From the NCBI GenBank assembly GCA_031285185.1, contig JAITWS010000053.1:26519-90518 (forward strand): a stretch of 64,000 nucleotides of DNA, read 5' to 3'. The translations under genes and the position numbers were made by a program. Position 1 is the stretch's first letter. Every line of letters begins with the position of its first letter. Below are positions 21,464 to 31,315 of this stretch, in pieces. The notes below the pieces were generated by a model, which saw only the letters and a list, made by a program, of their open reading frames with translations, was not told the DNA's origin and did no database searches. This DNA comes from Methylobacillus sp. Its GTDB lineage: Bacteria > Pseudomonadota > Gammaproteobacteria > Burkholderiales > Methylophilaceae.

Positions 21464-21499
21464 TTGACACCACGAAACGACATAACTAAGATCGTCGTC
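21464..21499 (+). promoter_or_regulatory. Leaderless sigma70 promoter with palindromic operator (copy B), probable ArsR autoregulatory site
   Basis: TTGACA(21464)-17-TAAGAT(21487)-7-ATG(21500); ACGAC-N12-GTCGT overlapping the -10 element. Confidence 0.75.
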
Positions 21500-21520
21500 A
21501 TGAAATCCGACTACACCCGT
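21464..21520 (+). repeat. 57-bp imperfect direct repeat, copy B (copy A at 13297-13353)
   Basis: 44/57 identities with copy A, no gaps. Confidence 0.9.
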
Positions 21521-21811
21521 ACCATCCCTCCCGAGTGGCAGCCCATGGCGCGCGTTTTTACCGCATTGGGCGATCAGCACAGGCAACGCATTTTGATGTT
21601 GTTCGACAAGGGCGAACGTTTGAATGTGGGGCAGATCGCGTCTGTTTCGACGTTGACGCGTTCGACGGTTTCGCATCATTTGAAAATTTTGCACGAGGCG
21701 GGCGTGCTGGGTTCGGAGAAGATCGGCAAGGAAGTCTGGTTCTGGATTAATCGCGCCTGGCTGGAAGAATCGCTGGGAAGAGTGCTGCATTACGTGCACG
21801 CGGAATGCTGA
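21500..21811 (+). CDS. ArsR/SmtB-family transcriptional regulator
   Basis: VFTALGDQHRQRIL...LNVGQIA...STVSHHLKILHEAGVL...GKEVWF; 103 aa. Confidence 0.92.
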   Translation: MKSDYTRTIPPEWQPMARVFTALGDQHRQRILMLFDKGERLNVGQIASVSTLTRSTVSHHLKILHEAGVLGSEKIGKEVWFWINRAWLEESLGRVLHYVHAEC

Positions 21812-21844
21812 TTTTTTTAACTAAACGTAACGAAATTTTTGATT

Positions 21845-24061
21845 ATGTCCAATATCGCACATGCAAAAGCGCAAACCTCGGCATGGTGGCGCACTCTGAT
21901 TCTTTGGGCGTTGCGCGGCCTCGCGCGGGTGGTGTTCCGCGTGCGGGTGCGCGGTGTGGAACATGCGCTGGCGGGCGCTCGGGAGGCGGGGGATCGCTTG
22001 CTCATCATCGCCAATCACGAATCGTTTTTGGATGGAACCTTGCTCGGTCTTTTTCTGCCGCTGCCCAAGGAGCCGGTATTCGTGGTGCATACGGAGGCCG
22101 TCAAACACAGGTTCCGGCGCTGGAGTCTGGATATATTGTGCGATTACCTTACGGTTGATCCGAATAATCCGATGGCGATCAAGCAGGTGATTCAACTGGT
22201 CGAATCGGGTCGTCCGGTGGTGATTTTCCCGGAAGGGCGCATCACCACGACCGGCAGTTTGATGAAAGTGTATGACGGCCCGGCGTTCATCGCGGCCAAG
22301 ACCGGCGCGACGCTGTTGCCGGTGCGCGTGGACGGCGCGATGCACAGTTATTTTTCGCGCATGAACAAAGGGAAAGAACCGCGCAAACTGTTTCCGCGCA
22401 TCACGCTCACGTTGTCACCGCCCACGAAACTCTCCATGCCGGAAGCGGAAAGTTCGCAGGAGCGCCGCCACAAGGCGGGCGATGCGATGCGTCGTTTGAT
22501 GCTGGAAATGGCGATGACGCGACCGGCTTCCGACACTTTGTACGGCGCACTGTGCGACACGATGGATCACTACGGACGCGACCGTCGCGTGCTCGAAGAC
22601 GTGAAGGAAATCGAATACAGCTATCAGGATGTGCTCAAGATGGCGCTCGCGCTCGGGCGCGTGGTCGGGCGCATGAGTCGCCGCGACGAGCGCGTGGGTG
22701 TGTTGCTGCCGAATCTCGCGGCGACCGTCGGGCTGTTTTTTGGATTGAGCGCGTTGCGTCGCGTGCCCGCGATGCTCAATTACACGGCGGGCACGGATGG
22801 AATGCAGGCCGCGTGTTCCGCCGCCGAAATCAAATTGCTCGTGACTTCGCGCGCCTTTGTCGAGCAAGCCAACATCGCCGACAAAATCGCCGCGCTGCAA
22901 GGCGTGGAGCGCATCGTTTATCTGGAAGATTTGCGCGAGCAACTCACGCTGTTCGATAAAATCTGGCTGGTGTGCTGGGGTTTGCGTTTTCCGCGTTGCG
23001 CGCAAATCAAAACCTCGACCGAAGATGCCGCCGTGGTGCTGTTCACTTCCGGCTCCGAAGGCAAGCCCAAGGGCGTGGTGTTGTCGCACCGCGCGATTCT
23101 CGCCAATGTCGCGCAAATCCGCGCCATCATTGATATTTCCGCCGACGACAAAATGCTCAACGCGCTGCCGATTTTTCATTCCTTCGGCCTCACCGGCGGC
23201 ACATTGTGGCCGTTGTTTTCGGGCATGAATCTGTTTCTCTATCCCACGCCGCTGCATTACCGCGTGATTCCCGAACTCGCTTATGACCGCAACTGCACGC
23301 TGCTGCTCGGAACCGGAACCTTTCTCGGCCACTACGCGAACAACGCGAATCCGTATGATTTTTACAAGATGCGCTACGTCATCGCAGGCGCGGAAAAACT
23401 CGCACCCGCCGTGCGCGATCTGTGGTTTGAAAAATTCGGCATCCGCATTTACGAAGGCTACGGCGCGACCGAAACCGCGCCGGTGATCGCGGTCAACACG
23501 CCCATGGGTTATTGCAGCGGCACGGTGGGACAATTTTTGCCGGGCATCGAATACCGCTTGCAAGCCGTGCCGGGCATAGACCACGGCGGTCGTCTGCATG
23601 TGCGCGGCCCCAATGTGATGAGCGGCTATCTCAAGGCCGACCAGCCCGGCGTGCTGCAACCGCCGGTGGCCGACGAACTCGGCGCGGGCTGGTACGATAC
23701 CGGCGACATCGTGGATGTGGACGAAGACGGTTTTGTGCGTATTCTTGGCCGCGTCAAACGCTTCGCCAAAATCGCCGGTGAAATGGTGAGTCTGGAATCC
23801 GTGGAAAAAATCGCGCAAAAAGCCGCGCCCGACGCGCAACATGCCGCGAGCAGCCAGCCCGACGAAAGCAAGGGCGAGGCGCTGGTGTTGTTCACAACGG
23901 ATGCCAATCTCGACCGCGCGGCGTTGCAGGAAGCCGCGCGCAGCTTGGGCATTCCCGAATTGGCCGTGCCGCGCAAAATCGCGCGCGTGGAAGAGTTGCC
24001 GCTGCTCGGCACGGGAAAAATTGATTACGTCACGCTGAAACGCATGGCGGAAACGGTTTGA
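21845..24061 (+). CDS. aas: Bifunctional 2-acyl-GPE acyltransferase / acyl-ACP synthetase
   Basis: N-terminal PlsC-type domain (IANHESFLDG, FPEGRIT); C-terminal AMP-binding domain (LFTSGSEGKPKGV, YEGYGATE, YDTGD, GRVKRFAKIAGEMVSL). Confidence 0.92.
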   Translation: MSNIAHAKAQTSAWWRTLILWALRGLARVVFRVRVRGVEHALAGAREAGDRLLIIANHESFLDGTLLGLFLPLPKEPVFVVHTEAVKHRFRRWSLDILCDYLTVDPNNPMAIKQVIQLVESGRPVVIFPEGRITTTGSLMKVYDGPAFIAAKTGATLLPVRVDGAMHSYFSRMNKGKEPRKLFPRITLTLSPPTKLSMPEAESSQERRHKAGDAMRRLMLEMAMTRPASDTLYGALCDTMDHYGRDRRVLEDVKEIEYSYQDVLKMALALGRVVGRMSRRDERVGVLLPNLAATVGLFFGLSALRRVPAMLNYTAGTDGMQAACSAAEIKLLVTSRAFVEQANIADKIAALQGVERIVYLEDLREQLTLFDKIWLVCWGLRFPRCAQIKTSTEDAAVVLFTSGSEGKPKGVVLSHRAILANVAQIRAIIDISADDKMLNALPIFHSFGLTGGTLWPLFSGMNLFLYPTPLHYRVIPELAYDRNCTLLLGTGTFLGHYANNANPYDFYKMRYVIAGAEKLAPAVRDLWFEKFGIRIYEGYGATETAPVIAVNTPMGYCSGTVGQFLPGIEYRLQAVPGIDHGGRLHVRGPNVMSGYLKADQPGVLQPPVADELGAGWYDTGDIVDVDEDGFVRILGRVKRFAKIAGEMVSLESVEKIAQKAAPDAQHAASSQPDESKGEALVLFTTDANLDRAALQEAARSLGIPELAVPRKIARVEELPLLGTGKIDYVTLKRMAETV

Positions 24062-24136
24062 GTTTTAAAAAAACCGTCGCATGAAAAATGCGGCGGATTC
24101 GACATCAACGAAGCAAACACAAAGGAGTAGGGAATC

Positions 24137-24760
24137 ATGAAATCGCTATTTTTCGCCGTTGTTTTGATGGTCGCCGGGATGTCGTCGGCATGGGCATTGC
24201 ATCCGTGCAATGGCACGCCGGGGGAACATGTCGTGGGAGCAACTGCCGACGACAATAGCGCTGTGGCGTTCTGCGAGGCACCGTTGGGGCCTCCCCCAAC
24301 TTTGGAGGAGCTGCAAGCGATGCGTGCAGTTCAGCAGAGAGAGGATGCTATCAAGGCGCTGGCAACCACCGGGGACGGCAAGTGGACGCACTACGATAAT
24401 TTTTGCGCGACATCGTATGTCAGCAGGGACGGCATGATTACGCTGGGCGTGTTCAAGGGCAAGCCCTATGTGTTTTTCGCCGGTGTTGATATTCCTGTTC
24501 CGTCCGGGGTGAAAACGGTTCCGGTCAAGATCGAGCAACCCGGTCAGAAAACGATCATGACCGAAGCCTTGTGGGGCGCCGGACAATTGACCGGACTTGG
24601 CGGGCTGCAAGTTTTTTACGGCAAAAACTTTTTCCCGGACATTCTCGACAAGGGCGATTTCAAAGTCAGCATCGGCGACACGCTTGTTTTCAAAGGCGGC
24701 TGGCGCAACGCAGGCGAGGCGCGCGAAAAATTGAAATGCGCCGTGAAAGAAATCAAATGA
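24137..24760 (+). CDS. Secreted hypothetical protein
   Basis: RBS GGAG; signal peptide MKSLFFAVVLMVAGMSSAWA; four Cys; no family recognised. Confidence 0.7.
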   Translation: MKSLFFAVVLMVAGMSSAWALHPCNGTPGEHVVGATADDNSAVAFCEAPLGPPPTLEELQAMRAVQQREDAIKALATTGDGKWTHYDNFCATSYVSRDGMITLGVFKGKPYVFFAGVDIPVPSGVKTVPVKIEQPGQKTIMTEALWGAGQLTGLGGLQVFYGKNFFPDILDKGDFKVSIGDTLVFKGGWRNAGEAREKLKCAVKEIK

Positions 24761-24807
24761 TTCCGCGCGTTTCGCAAGCCGATTTTCACAGCATTGAAAC
24801 TTGAAAC

Positions 24808-25398
24808 ATGAGACCACAAGATTATTTCGTCAACATCATACTCAGCGGCGTTTTGATCGTCGGCGCGTACCAGTTTTATTTTTTCACGCAGCGTCATCCG
24901 CTCAGAAAAGCACGCGCGTTCGCGTCGGCGCTGGATGAGCGGATTCCGTTCTGGCCGGTGTGGGGCTGGGTTTACAGCTTTTTGTATTACCCCGCGATTT
25001 TGTATCTGAACTGGATCGTCGGCGACGCGCATCAATTCACGATGATGGCGTTCAGTTTCATTGTGCTGCTGTTCATGCAGATGGCGTGTTTTTATATTTA
25101 CCCGGTCGAAACACCCGCGCATTGGCGCGCGATCAACACAGGCCGCAACGCTTCGGAAAGGTTTCTGCGGTTCGTGCAAAAAATTGACGCGCCGAGCAAT
25201 TGCTTTCCGAGTATGCACGTTTCCGTCGCCATGTTGACCGCCTTGCACGCGCAGCCCGTGATGGGGGCGTGGGTGTTTGTTTTTCCGGCGCTCATCGCGG
25301 TTTCGTGCGTATTCACCAAACAACATTACCTCATGGATCTGCCTTCCGGCGCCTTGCTCGGCGTGGCGGGCTATGAGATTTACCGCGTGCTTTTATGA
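24808..25398 (+). CDS. PAP2-superfamily membrane phosphatase/phosphotransferase (second paralog)
   Basis: SNCFPSMHVS, KQHYLMD; hydrophobic; overlaps the downstream MFS gene by 4 bp. Confidence 0.8.
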   Translation: MRPQDYFVNIILSGVLIVGAYQFYFFTQRHPLRKARAFASALDERIPFWPVWGWVYSFLYYPAILYLNWIVGDAHQFTMMAFSFIVLLFMQMACFYIYPVETPAHWRAINTGRNASERFLRFVQKIDAPSNCFPSMHVSVAMLTALHAQPVMGAWVFVFPALIAVSCVFTKQHYLMDLPSGALLGVAGYEIYRVLL

Positions 25399-26747
25399 GC
25401 CAGACGACACAAACCGCGCAGAAAGAACACTCCCAATTCCGGCTGTTGCGGAAGCGGCGTTTTCTGCCGCTTTTCATCACGCAATTTCTCGGCGCGTTCA
25501 ACGACAACGCCTACAAAACTTCGCTGGTCATGCTGATTACCTTCGGCGCTTCGTGGTCGGCGATGAAGCCGGAAGTGCTGACCAATCTCGCGGGCGGGAT
25601 TTTCATGGTTCCCGCGTTTTTGTTTTCGGCCACCGCCGGGCAACTGGCCGACAAATTCGACAAGGCGCGGCTGGCGCGCTGGGTCAAGGCGCTGGAGATA
25701 TTGATTATTCTGATTGTGGCGCTGGGTTTCTGGCTGCACAGTTTGACGTGGTTGTTGTCGGCGCTGTTTTTGCTCGGCACGCACGCCTCGTTTTTCGGCC
25801 CCATCAAATACGCGATTTTGCCGCAGCATTTGCGCCCGCAGGAACTGGTCGGCGGCAACGCGCTTGTGGATGCGGGAACCTTCATCGCCATTTTGCTCGG
25901 CACGATCAGCGGCGGCTTGCTCGCGCGTATGCCGGACGGCGAAGCGTGGATCGTCGGCATTTGTCTCACCGTCGCGCTCGCCGGTTTTGCCGCAAGCTGG
26001 AAAATTCCCGCCGCGCCCGCGCCCATGCCGGAACTCAAAATCTCCCTCAACCCGCTGGTCGAAGCCTGGCGCTGCATCGGGTTCGCGCGGCGCGAACGCA
26101 GCGTGTTGCTCTCCATCCTCGCGATTTCATGGTTCTGGTTTTACGGCGCGACGCTGCTCGCGCAATTTCCGCTCTTCGCCAAAAATGTGCTGGGCGGCGA
26201 CGAGGACGCATTCACGCTGCTGCTCACCGTGTTGTGCGTGGGCATCAGCGTGGGTTCGTTGCTGTGCGAAAAACTCACGCGCCGCCGCGGCAAAACCGTG
26301 GAGCCGGGGCTGGTTCCCATGGGCGCATTGGGCATGTTGATTTTCGGCATTGATCTGGCTTTCGCCGCGCCCGCGCATCCCGCCGCCATGGGAATGACCA
26401 TCACCACGCTGCTGCAACAAGACGGGGTGTGGCGCGTGCTGCTCGACCTGATGATGATAGGCGGCTTCGGCGGCGTTTATTGCGTGCCGCTTTACGCGCT
26501 GGTTCAGCAACGCAGCGACGAATCCTGCCGCGCGCGCGTGATCGCCGCCAACAACATTCTCAACGCGCTCTTCATGGTCGCGGGCGCGCTGGCCGCCATC
26601 GCCATCCTGAGCTGGGGACACCGCACCATCCCCGCGCTTTTCCTGCTGATCGCCGTGCTGCACGCCGGAGTCACCCTCTACATCTTCAGCGTGGTTCCCG
26701 AATTTTTAATTCGCGCGTTGGTGTGGTTGGGATTGAGAAGGGAATAG
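25395..26747 (+). CDS. lplT: MFS transporter, LplT-like lysophospholipid flippase
   Basis: FLPLFITQFLGAFNDNAYK, GQLADKFDK, FFGPIKYAILPQ, RVIAANNILNA; clustered with aas. Confidence 0.8.
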   Translation: MSQTTQTAQKEHSQFRLLRKRRFLPLFITQFLGAFNDNAYKTSLVMLITFGASWSAMKPEVLTNLAGGIFMVPAFLFSATAGQLADKFDKARLARWVKALEILIILIVALGFWLHSLTWLLSALFLLGTHASFFGPIKYAILPQHLRPQELVGGNALVDAGTFIAILLGTISGGLLARMPDGEAWIVGICLTVALAGFAASWKIPAAPAPMPELKISLNPLVEAWRCIGFARRERSVLLSILAISWFWFYGATLLAQFPLFAKNVLGGDEDAFTLLLTVLCVGISVGSLLCEKLTRRRGKTVEPGLVPMGALGMLIFGIDLAFAAPAHPAAMGMTITTLLQQDGVWRVLLDLMMIGGFGGVYCVPLYALVQQRSDESCRARVIAANNILNALFMVAGALAAIAILSWGHRTIPALFLLIAVLHAGVTLYIFSVVPEFLIRALVWLGLRRE

Positions 26748-26815
26748 TCATCCCTGTGCTAGAATGACGCCGCTTTTCCGCTGCTTGTTTTTGGAGCGCG
26801 GAAAAATTCCCAACC

Positions 26816-26905
26816 GGAAGCGTGGCCGAGTGGTTTAAGGCAGCGGTCTTGAAAACCGCCGAGGGTTTACGCCCTCCGTGAGTTCGAATCTCACCGCTTC
26901 CGCCA
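26816..26905 (+). tRNA. tRNA-Ser (anticodon TGA)
   Basis: GGAAGCG acceptor stem, anticodon arm GCGGT-CTTGAAA-ACCGC, long variable arm, GTTCGAATC, encoded CCA end. Confidence 0.97.
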
Positions 26906-26922
26906 TCATTCGCGTGCAAGCC

Positions 26923-27710
<788 letters not shown>

Positions 27711-27745
27711 GATGGTCTCCTGTGAGTTCGGATCATCATAGCAGA

Positions 27746-27768
27746 ACGTAGTGTCGTTGTCATTACGT
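27746..27768. promoter_or_regulatory. Inverted repeat, probable TacA autoregulatory operator
   Basis: ACGTAGTG-N7-CATTACGT (7/8 symmetric), 35 bp upstream of the antitoxin start. Confidence 0.5.
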
Positions 27769-27792
27769 CAGGCTGCTTAATACCTGCCAAGC

Positions 27793-30342
27793 TCAAAGCT
27801 CTTTCAACAACTCCTCTTTCAACGCCGCCACCGCTTCCGCCGACAATTTTTCGCCCTTTGCGCCCGAGATCAGGAAAGTATCTTCGGCGCGGTTTCCCAG
27901 TGTGTTGATTTTCGCGGTGTGCAGTTGCGCGTCGTGGCGCATGAGGGTTTGCGCGATGCGGGAGAGGAGGCCGGGGCGGTCGCCGGCGATGATGGAAAGT
28001 TGGTGATTGTTGTTTTTTTCGGGTTCCAGCGTCACGCTCGGTTTCATGGGGAAATGTTTGAGCTGGCGGCTGATGCGTCCGTTCATGGGCGGGGGCGGAA
28101 CTTTGGCGCTTTCCAGTTTTTTTGTGAGATCGCGTTCGATGTCGTTGAGCAGTTCCTTGTAGTGCAGCGCGTTGTTTTCCTCGTCGAGCACGAGAAAGCT
28201 GTCCAGCGCGTAATCGTGCCGGGTGGTGTGGATGCGGGCTTCGACGATGTTGAATCCGGCGCGTTCGAAAAAGCTGCAAATGCAGGCGAAGAGATTTTCG
28301 CGGTCGTGGATGTAGATCATCACTTGTATGCCGTCGCCCGCGGAACCGAGGCGCGCGCGCACCACGGGTTTTTCCGGGTGGGTGTTGAAGAGCAATGAGC
28401 GCGTGTGCCAGGCGATTTCATGCGCTTCGTGGCGCAGAAAATAGCCGCGTCCGAATTTGCTCCAGAGCGGGCGATAGGTTTCGGGCTTGATCGCATCCTG
28501 CGCGAGCAGTTCGGCGGCTTGTTTTTGGCGTTCGGCAAATTCGGCGGCGGCGCTGACGGGGTGGCCGCGCAACCATTTTTGCGCGAGCTGGAACAGGTTT
28601 TCCAGCAGTCTGGCTTTCCAGCCGTTCCAGATGGCGGGGCTGGTTCCGCGGATGTCGGCCACGGTGAGCAGATAAAGCGCGGTCAGGCGGTGTTCCGTTT
28701 TGACAATGCGCGCGAAATTTTCGATCACGGCGGGATCGCTGAGATCCGATTTTTGCGCGGTGAGCGACAAGGTGAGATGGTGGCCGACCAGCCACGCGAC
28801 CAGCGCGGCATCTTCTTTCGGAAGATCGTGCAATTTGCAAAAACGCCGCGCGTCCGCCATGCCCAGCGTGGAATGATCGCCGTCGCGTCCTTTTGCGATG
28901 TCGTGAAAAAGCGCGGCGAGGTAGAGCAGTTCCGGCTTGTCGAATCCGGCGATCAACTGGCTGCAAAACGGAAATTCGTGCGCAAATTGCGGAACCGCGA
29001 AGCGGCGCAGATTACGCAACACGTTGAGGATGTGCTCGTCCACGGTGTAAACATGAAACAGATCGTGCTGCATCTGGCCTTCGATGCGGCCGAACGCGGG
29101 AATGTAGCGCCCCAGAATGCCGTAGCGATTCATGCGCCGCAGTGTCGCGGTGACGCCGCGCGGCTGGCGCATGATTTGCATGAACAGGCGGCGATTGTTC
29201 GCGTCCATGCGGAATGCGTGGTTGATGCGGCTTTTCATGCGCCACAAATCGCGCAGGATTTCGGCGCTGAAACCGTTCAGTTCCGGGTGTTGTTCCAGCA
29301 GCAAAAATGCCTCGAAAATCGCATCGGGATGTTGTTGCAGCAGATTGGGCGCGCGCGCTTCAAGCAGGCCGTCGCGCATCTGAAAGCGCGCATTGACGGG
29401 CGTGGCCGGATGATGTGGCAGCACCTGTTCCTGCAAGGCTTGCAGCAGAATCTCGTTCATCAGGCGGATGAATTTCGCGCTGCGGTAAAAGTGCTGCATC
29501 ATCTGCTCGCTCGCGCGTTTTTTCGAGGTGGCGACATAGCCCAGTTGCGCCGCGAGTTCGTTCTGAAAATCAAACAACAGTCTGTCCTCGCGCCGCTTCG
29601 CAAGATAGTGCAGACGCGCGCGCAGCATTTGCATGAAAAGTTCCTGCCGCCGGATTTGTCGCGCTTCTCCGCGCGTTATCAAACCGTTTTCGGCGAGCGC
29701 GTTCCAACTGTTGCCCAAGCCGGTCGCGTGGCTGATCCAGAGGATATTCTGCAAATCGCGCAAGCCGCCCGGGCCTTCCTTGAGATTGGGTTCGAGGTTG
29801 TAGGCGGTGTCGTTGAATTTCGCGTGACGCGCGTTTTGCTCGGCGATTTTGTCGCGCACGAAAGTGGCCGCGTCAAAATTCCGGCGCAGTTGCGACTGCA
29901 TGGTTTTGAGCAAGGCGCGGCTGCCGGTGATGGGGCGTGCCTCAAGCAAACTGGTGAGCACGGTGATGTCTTGCGCCGCTTCGTCCATGCACTCTTGCAG
30001 CGAACGCACGCTGTGGCCGACGGCGAGGCCGATGTCCCAAAACGCGCGGATGAGCGGTTCCAGTTGCCGATCAAACGCGGCATCGTGATCGTCCGGCAGC
30101 AGAATCAGCAGATCAACATCGGAATGCGGAAACAATTCGCCGCGCCCGTAACCGCCGACCGCGCACAGCGCCAGCGATGGCGGAAGTTCGGCCTGTCGCC
30201 AGAGATCACGCAGCAATTCATCCACCAGTCGCACGTGTTGTTTGAGCAGACGCGCGGTATCGGCAACCGTATCAAAAGCGGCGTGGAGTTCGGCCTGGCC
30301 GTTTTGCAGCCGTTCACGCCAATACGCGAGATCGTGAATCAA
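27793..30342 (-). CDS. glnD: PII uridylyltransferase / uridylyl-removing enzyme
   Basis: AVGGYGRGELFPHSDVDLLIL, LEPNLKEGPGGLRD, HVYTVDEH, LFHDIAKGR, two ACT domains. Confidence 0.96.
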   Translation of the reverse strand: MIHDLAYWRERLQNGQAELHAAFDTVADTARLLKQHVRLVDELLRDLWRQAELPPSLALCAVGGYGRGELFPHSDVDLLILLPDDHDAAFDRQLEPLIRAFWDIGLAVGHSVRSLQECMDEAAQDITVLTSLLEARPITGSRALLKTMQSQLRRNFDAATFVRDKIAEQNARHAKFNDTAYNLEPNLKEGPGGLRDLQNILWISHATGLGNSWNALAENGLITRGEARQIRRQELFMQMLRARLHYLAKRREDRLLFDFQNELAAQLGYVATSKKRASEQMMQHFYRSAKFIRLMNEILLQALQEQVLPHHPATPVNARFQMRDGLLEARAPNLLQQHPDAIFEAFLLLEQHPELNGFSAEILRDLWRMKSRINHAFRMDANNRRLFMQIMRQPRGVTATLRRMNRYGILGRYIPAFGRIEGQMQHDLFHVYTVDEHILNVLRNLRRFAVPQFAHEFPFCSQLIAGFDKPELLYLAALFHDIAKGRDGDHSTLGMADARRFCKLHDLPKEDAALVAWLVGHHLTLSLTAQKSDLSDPAVIENFARIVKTEHRLTALYLLTVADIRGTSPAIWNGWKARLLENLFQLAQKWLRGHPVSAAAEFAERQKQAAELLAQDAIKPETYRPLWSKFGRGYFLRHEAHEIAWHTRSLLFNTHPEKPVVRARLGSAGDGIQVMIYIHDRENLFACICSFFERAGFNIVEARIHTTRHDYALDSFLVLDEENNALHYKELLNDIERDLTKKLESAKVPPPPMNGRISRQLKHFPMKPSVTLEPEKNNNHQLSIIAGDRPGLLSRIAQTLMRHDAQLHTAKINTLGNRAEDTFLISGAKGEKLSAEAVAALKEELLKEL

Positions 30343-30346
30343 GGCG

Positions 30347-31150
30347 CTAACGGGCGATGAACGCGGGCGGGGGCGGTGTGCCCGCGGAAAGCGTCATGAC
30401 TTCGTAGCCGTCCGGCGTGACCAGCACCGTGTGCTCCCACTGCGCGGAAAGGCTGCGATCCTTGGTGACCACCGTCCAGCCGTCGCCCATCTGGCGGATG
30501 TCGCGTTTGCCCGCGTTGACCATGGGTTCGATGGTGAAGATCATGCCGGCTTGCAGCGCAAGCCCCGCGCCGGGTCTGCCGTAGTGCAGCACTTGCGGAT
30601 CTTCGTGGAAATTTTTGCCTATGCCGTGGCCGCAAAATTCGCGCACCACCGAATAGCCGCTGCTTTCCGCGTGTTTCTGGATGGCATGGCCGATGTCGCC
30701 CAGCGTCGCGCCGGGACGCACCTGGGCAATGCCTATCCACATGCAGTCGTGGGTGATGTCGCACAAACGTTTGGCTTGCGGCGTGGGCGTGCCGACGCAG
30801 AACATGCGGCTGGTGTCGCCGTGGTAGCCGTCCTTGATGACGGTGATGTCGAGATTCACGATGTCGCCGCTTTTCAGCACGCGCTCGCCCGGCACACCGT
30901 GGCAGACTTGCTGGTTGATCGAAGTGCAAATGGATTTGGGGTAGGGCGCGTAACCCGGCGGCGCGTAGTTGAGCGGCGCGGGGATGGTGTTTTGCACGTT
31001 GACCATGTAATCGTGGCACAGCCGATCAAGTTCGTCGGTGGTGATGCCGGGGATGACGTGGGGCGTGATGTAATCCAGCACCTCGGACGCGAGTTTTCCG
31101 GCGATACGCATTTTTTCGATGTCGGCATTGTTTTTGATGGTGACGGACAT
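30347..31150 (-). CDS. map: Methionine aminopeptidase type I
   Basis: YPKSICTSIN, VCHGVP, DGYHGDTSRMF, FCGHGIG, FTIEPMVN, SAQWEHT; start at MSVTIKN. Confidence 0.97.
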   Translation of the reverse strand: MSVTIKNNADIEKMRIAGKLASEVLDYITPHVIPGITTDELDRLCHDYMVNVQNTIPAPLNYAPPGYAPYPKSICTSINQQVCHGVPGERVLKSGDIVNLDITVIKDGYHGDTSRMFCVGTPTPQAKRLCDITHDCMWIGIAQVRPGATLGDIGHAIQKHAESSGYSVVREFCGHGIGKNFHEDPQVLHYGRPGAGLALQAGMIFTIEPMVNAGKRDIRQMGDGWTVVTKDRSLSAQWEHTVLVTPDGYEVMTLSAGTPPPPAFIAR

Positions 31151-31236
31151 GGGCGATAAAGACTGATTGCAGCTTGAGTGAACAGGGGCGTTTATGGTAG
31201 CATACGCCGCCCGTTTATTTTGAACGGGTAAATTCC

Positions 31237-31297
31237 CACACACGTTCACGTATAGGGTGCCCATTTCGGGTTTCTGGGGACGTGTGGAGGCTTAACC
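31237..31297 (+). ncRNA. rpsB leader (t44-like) autoregulatory RNA
   Basis: CACACACG...GGGTGCCC...CGTGTGGAGGCTTAACC pattern of the S2 leader, directly upstream of rpsB. Confidence 0.7.
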
Positions 31298-31315
31298 TTA
31301 TACAGGAGTATAGAA

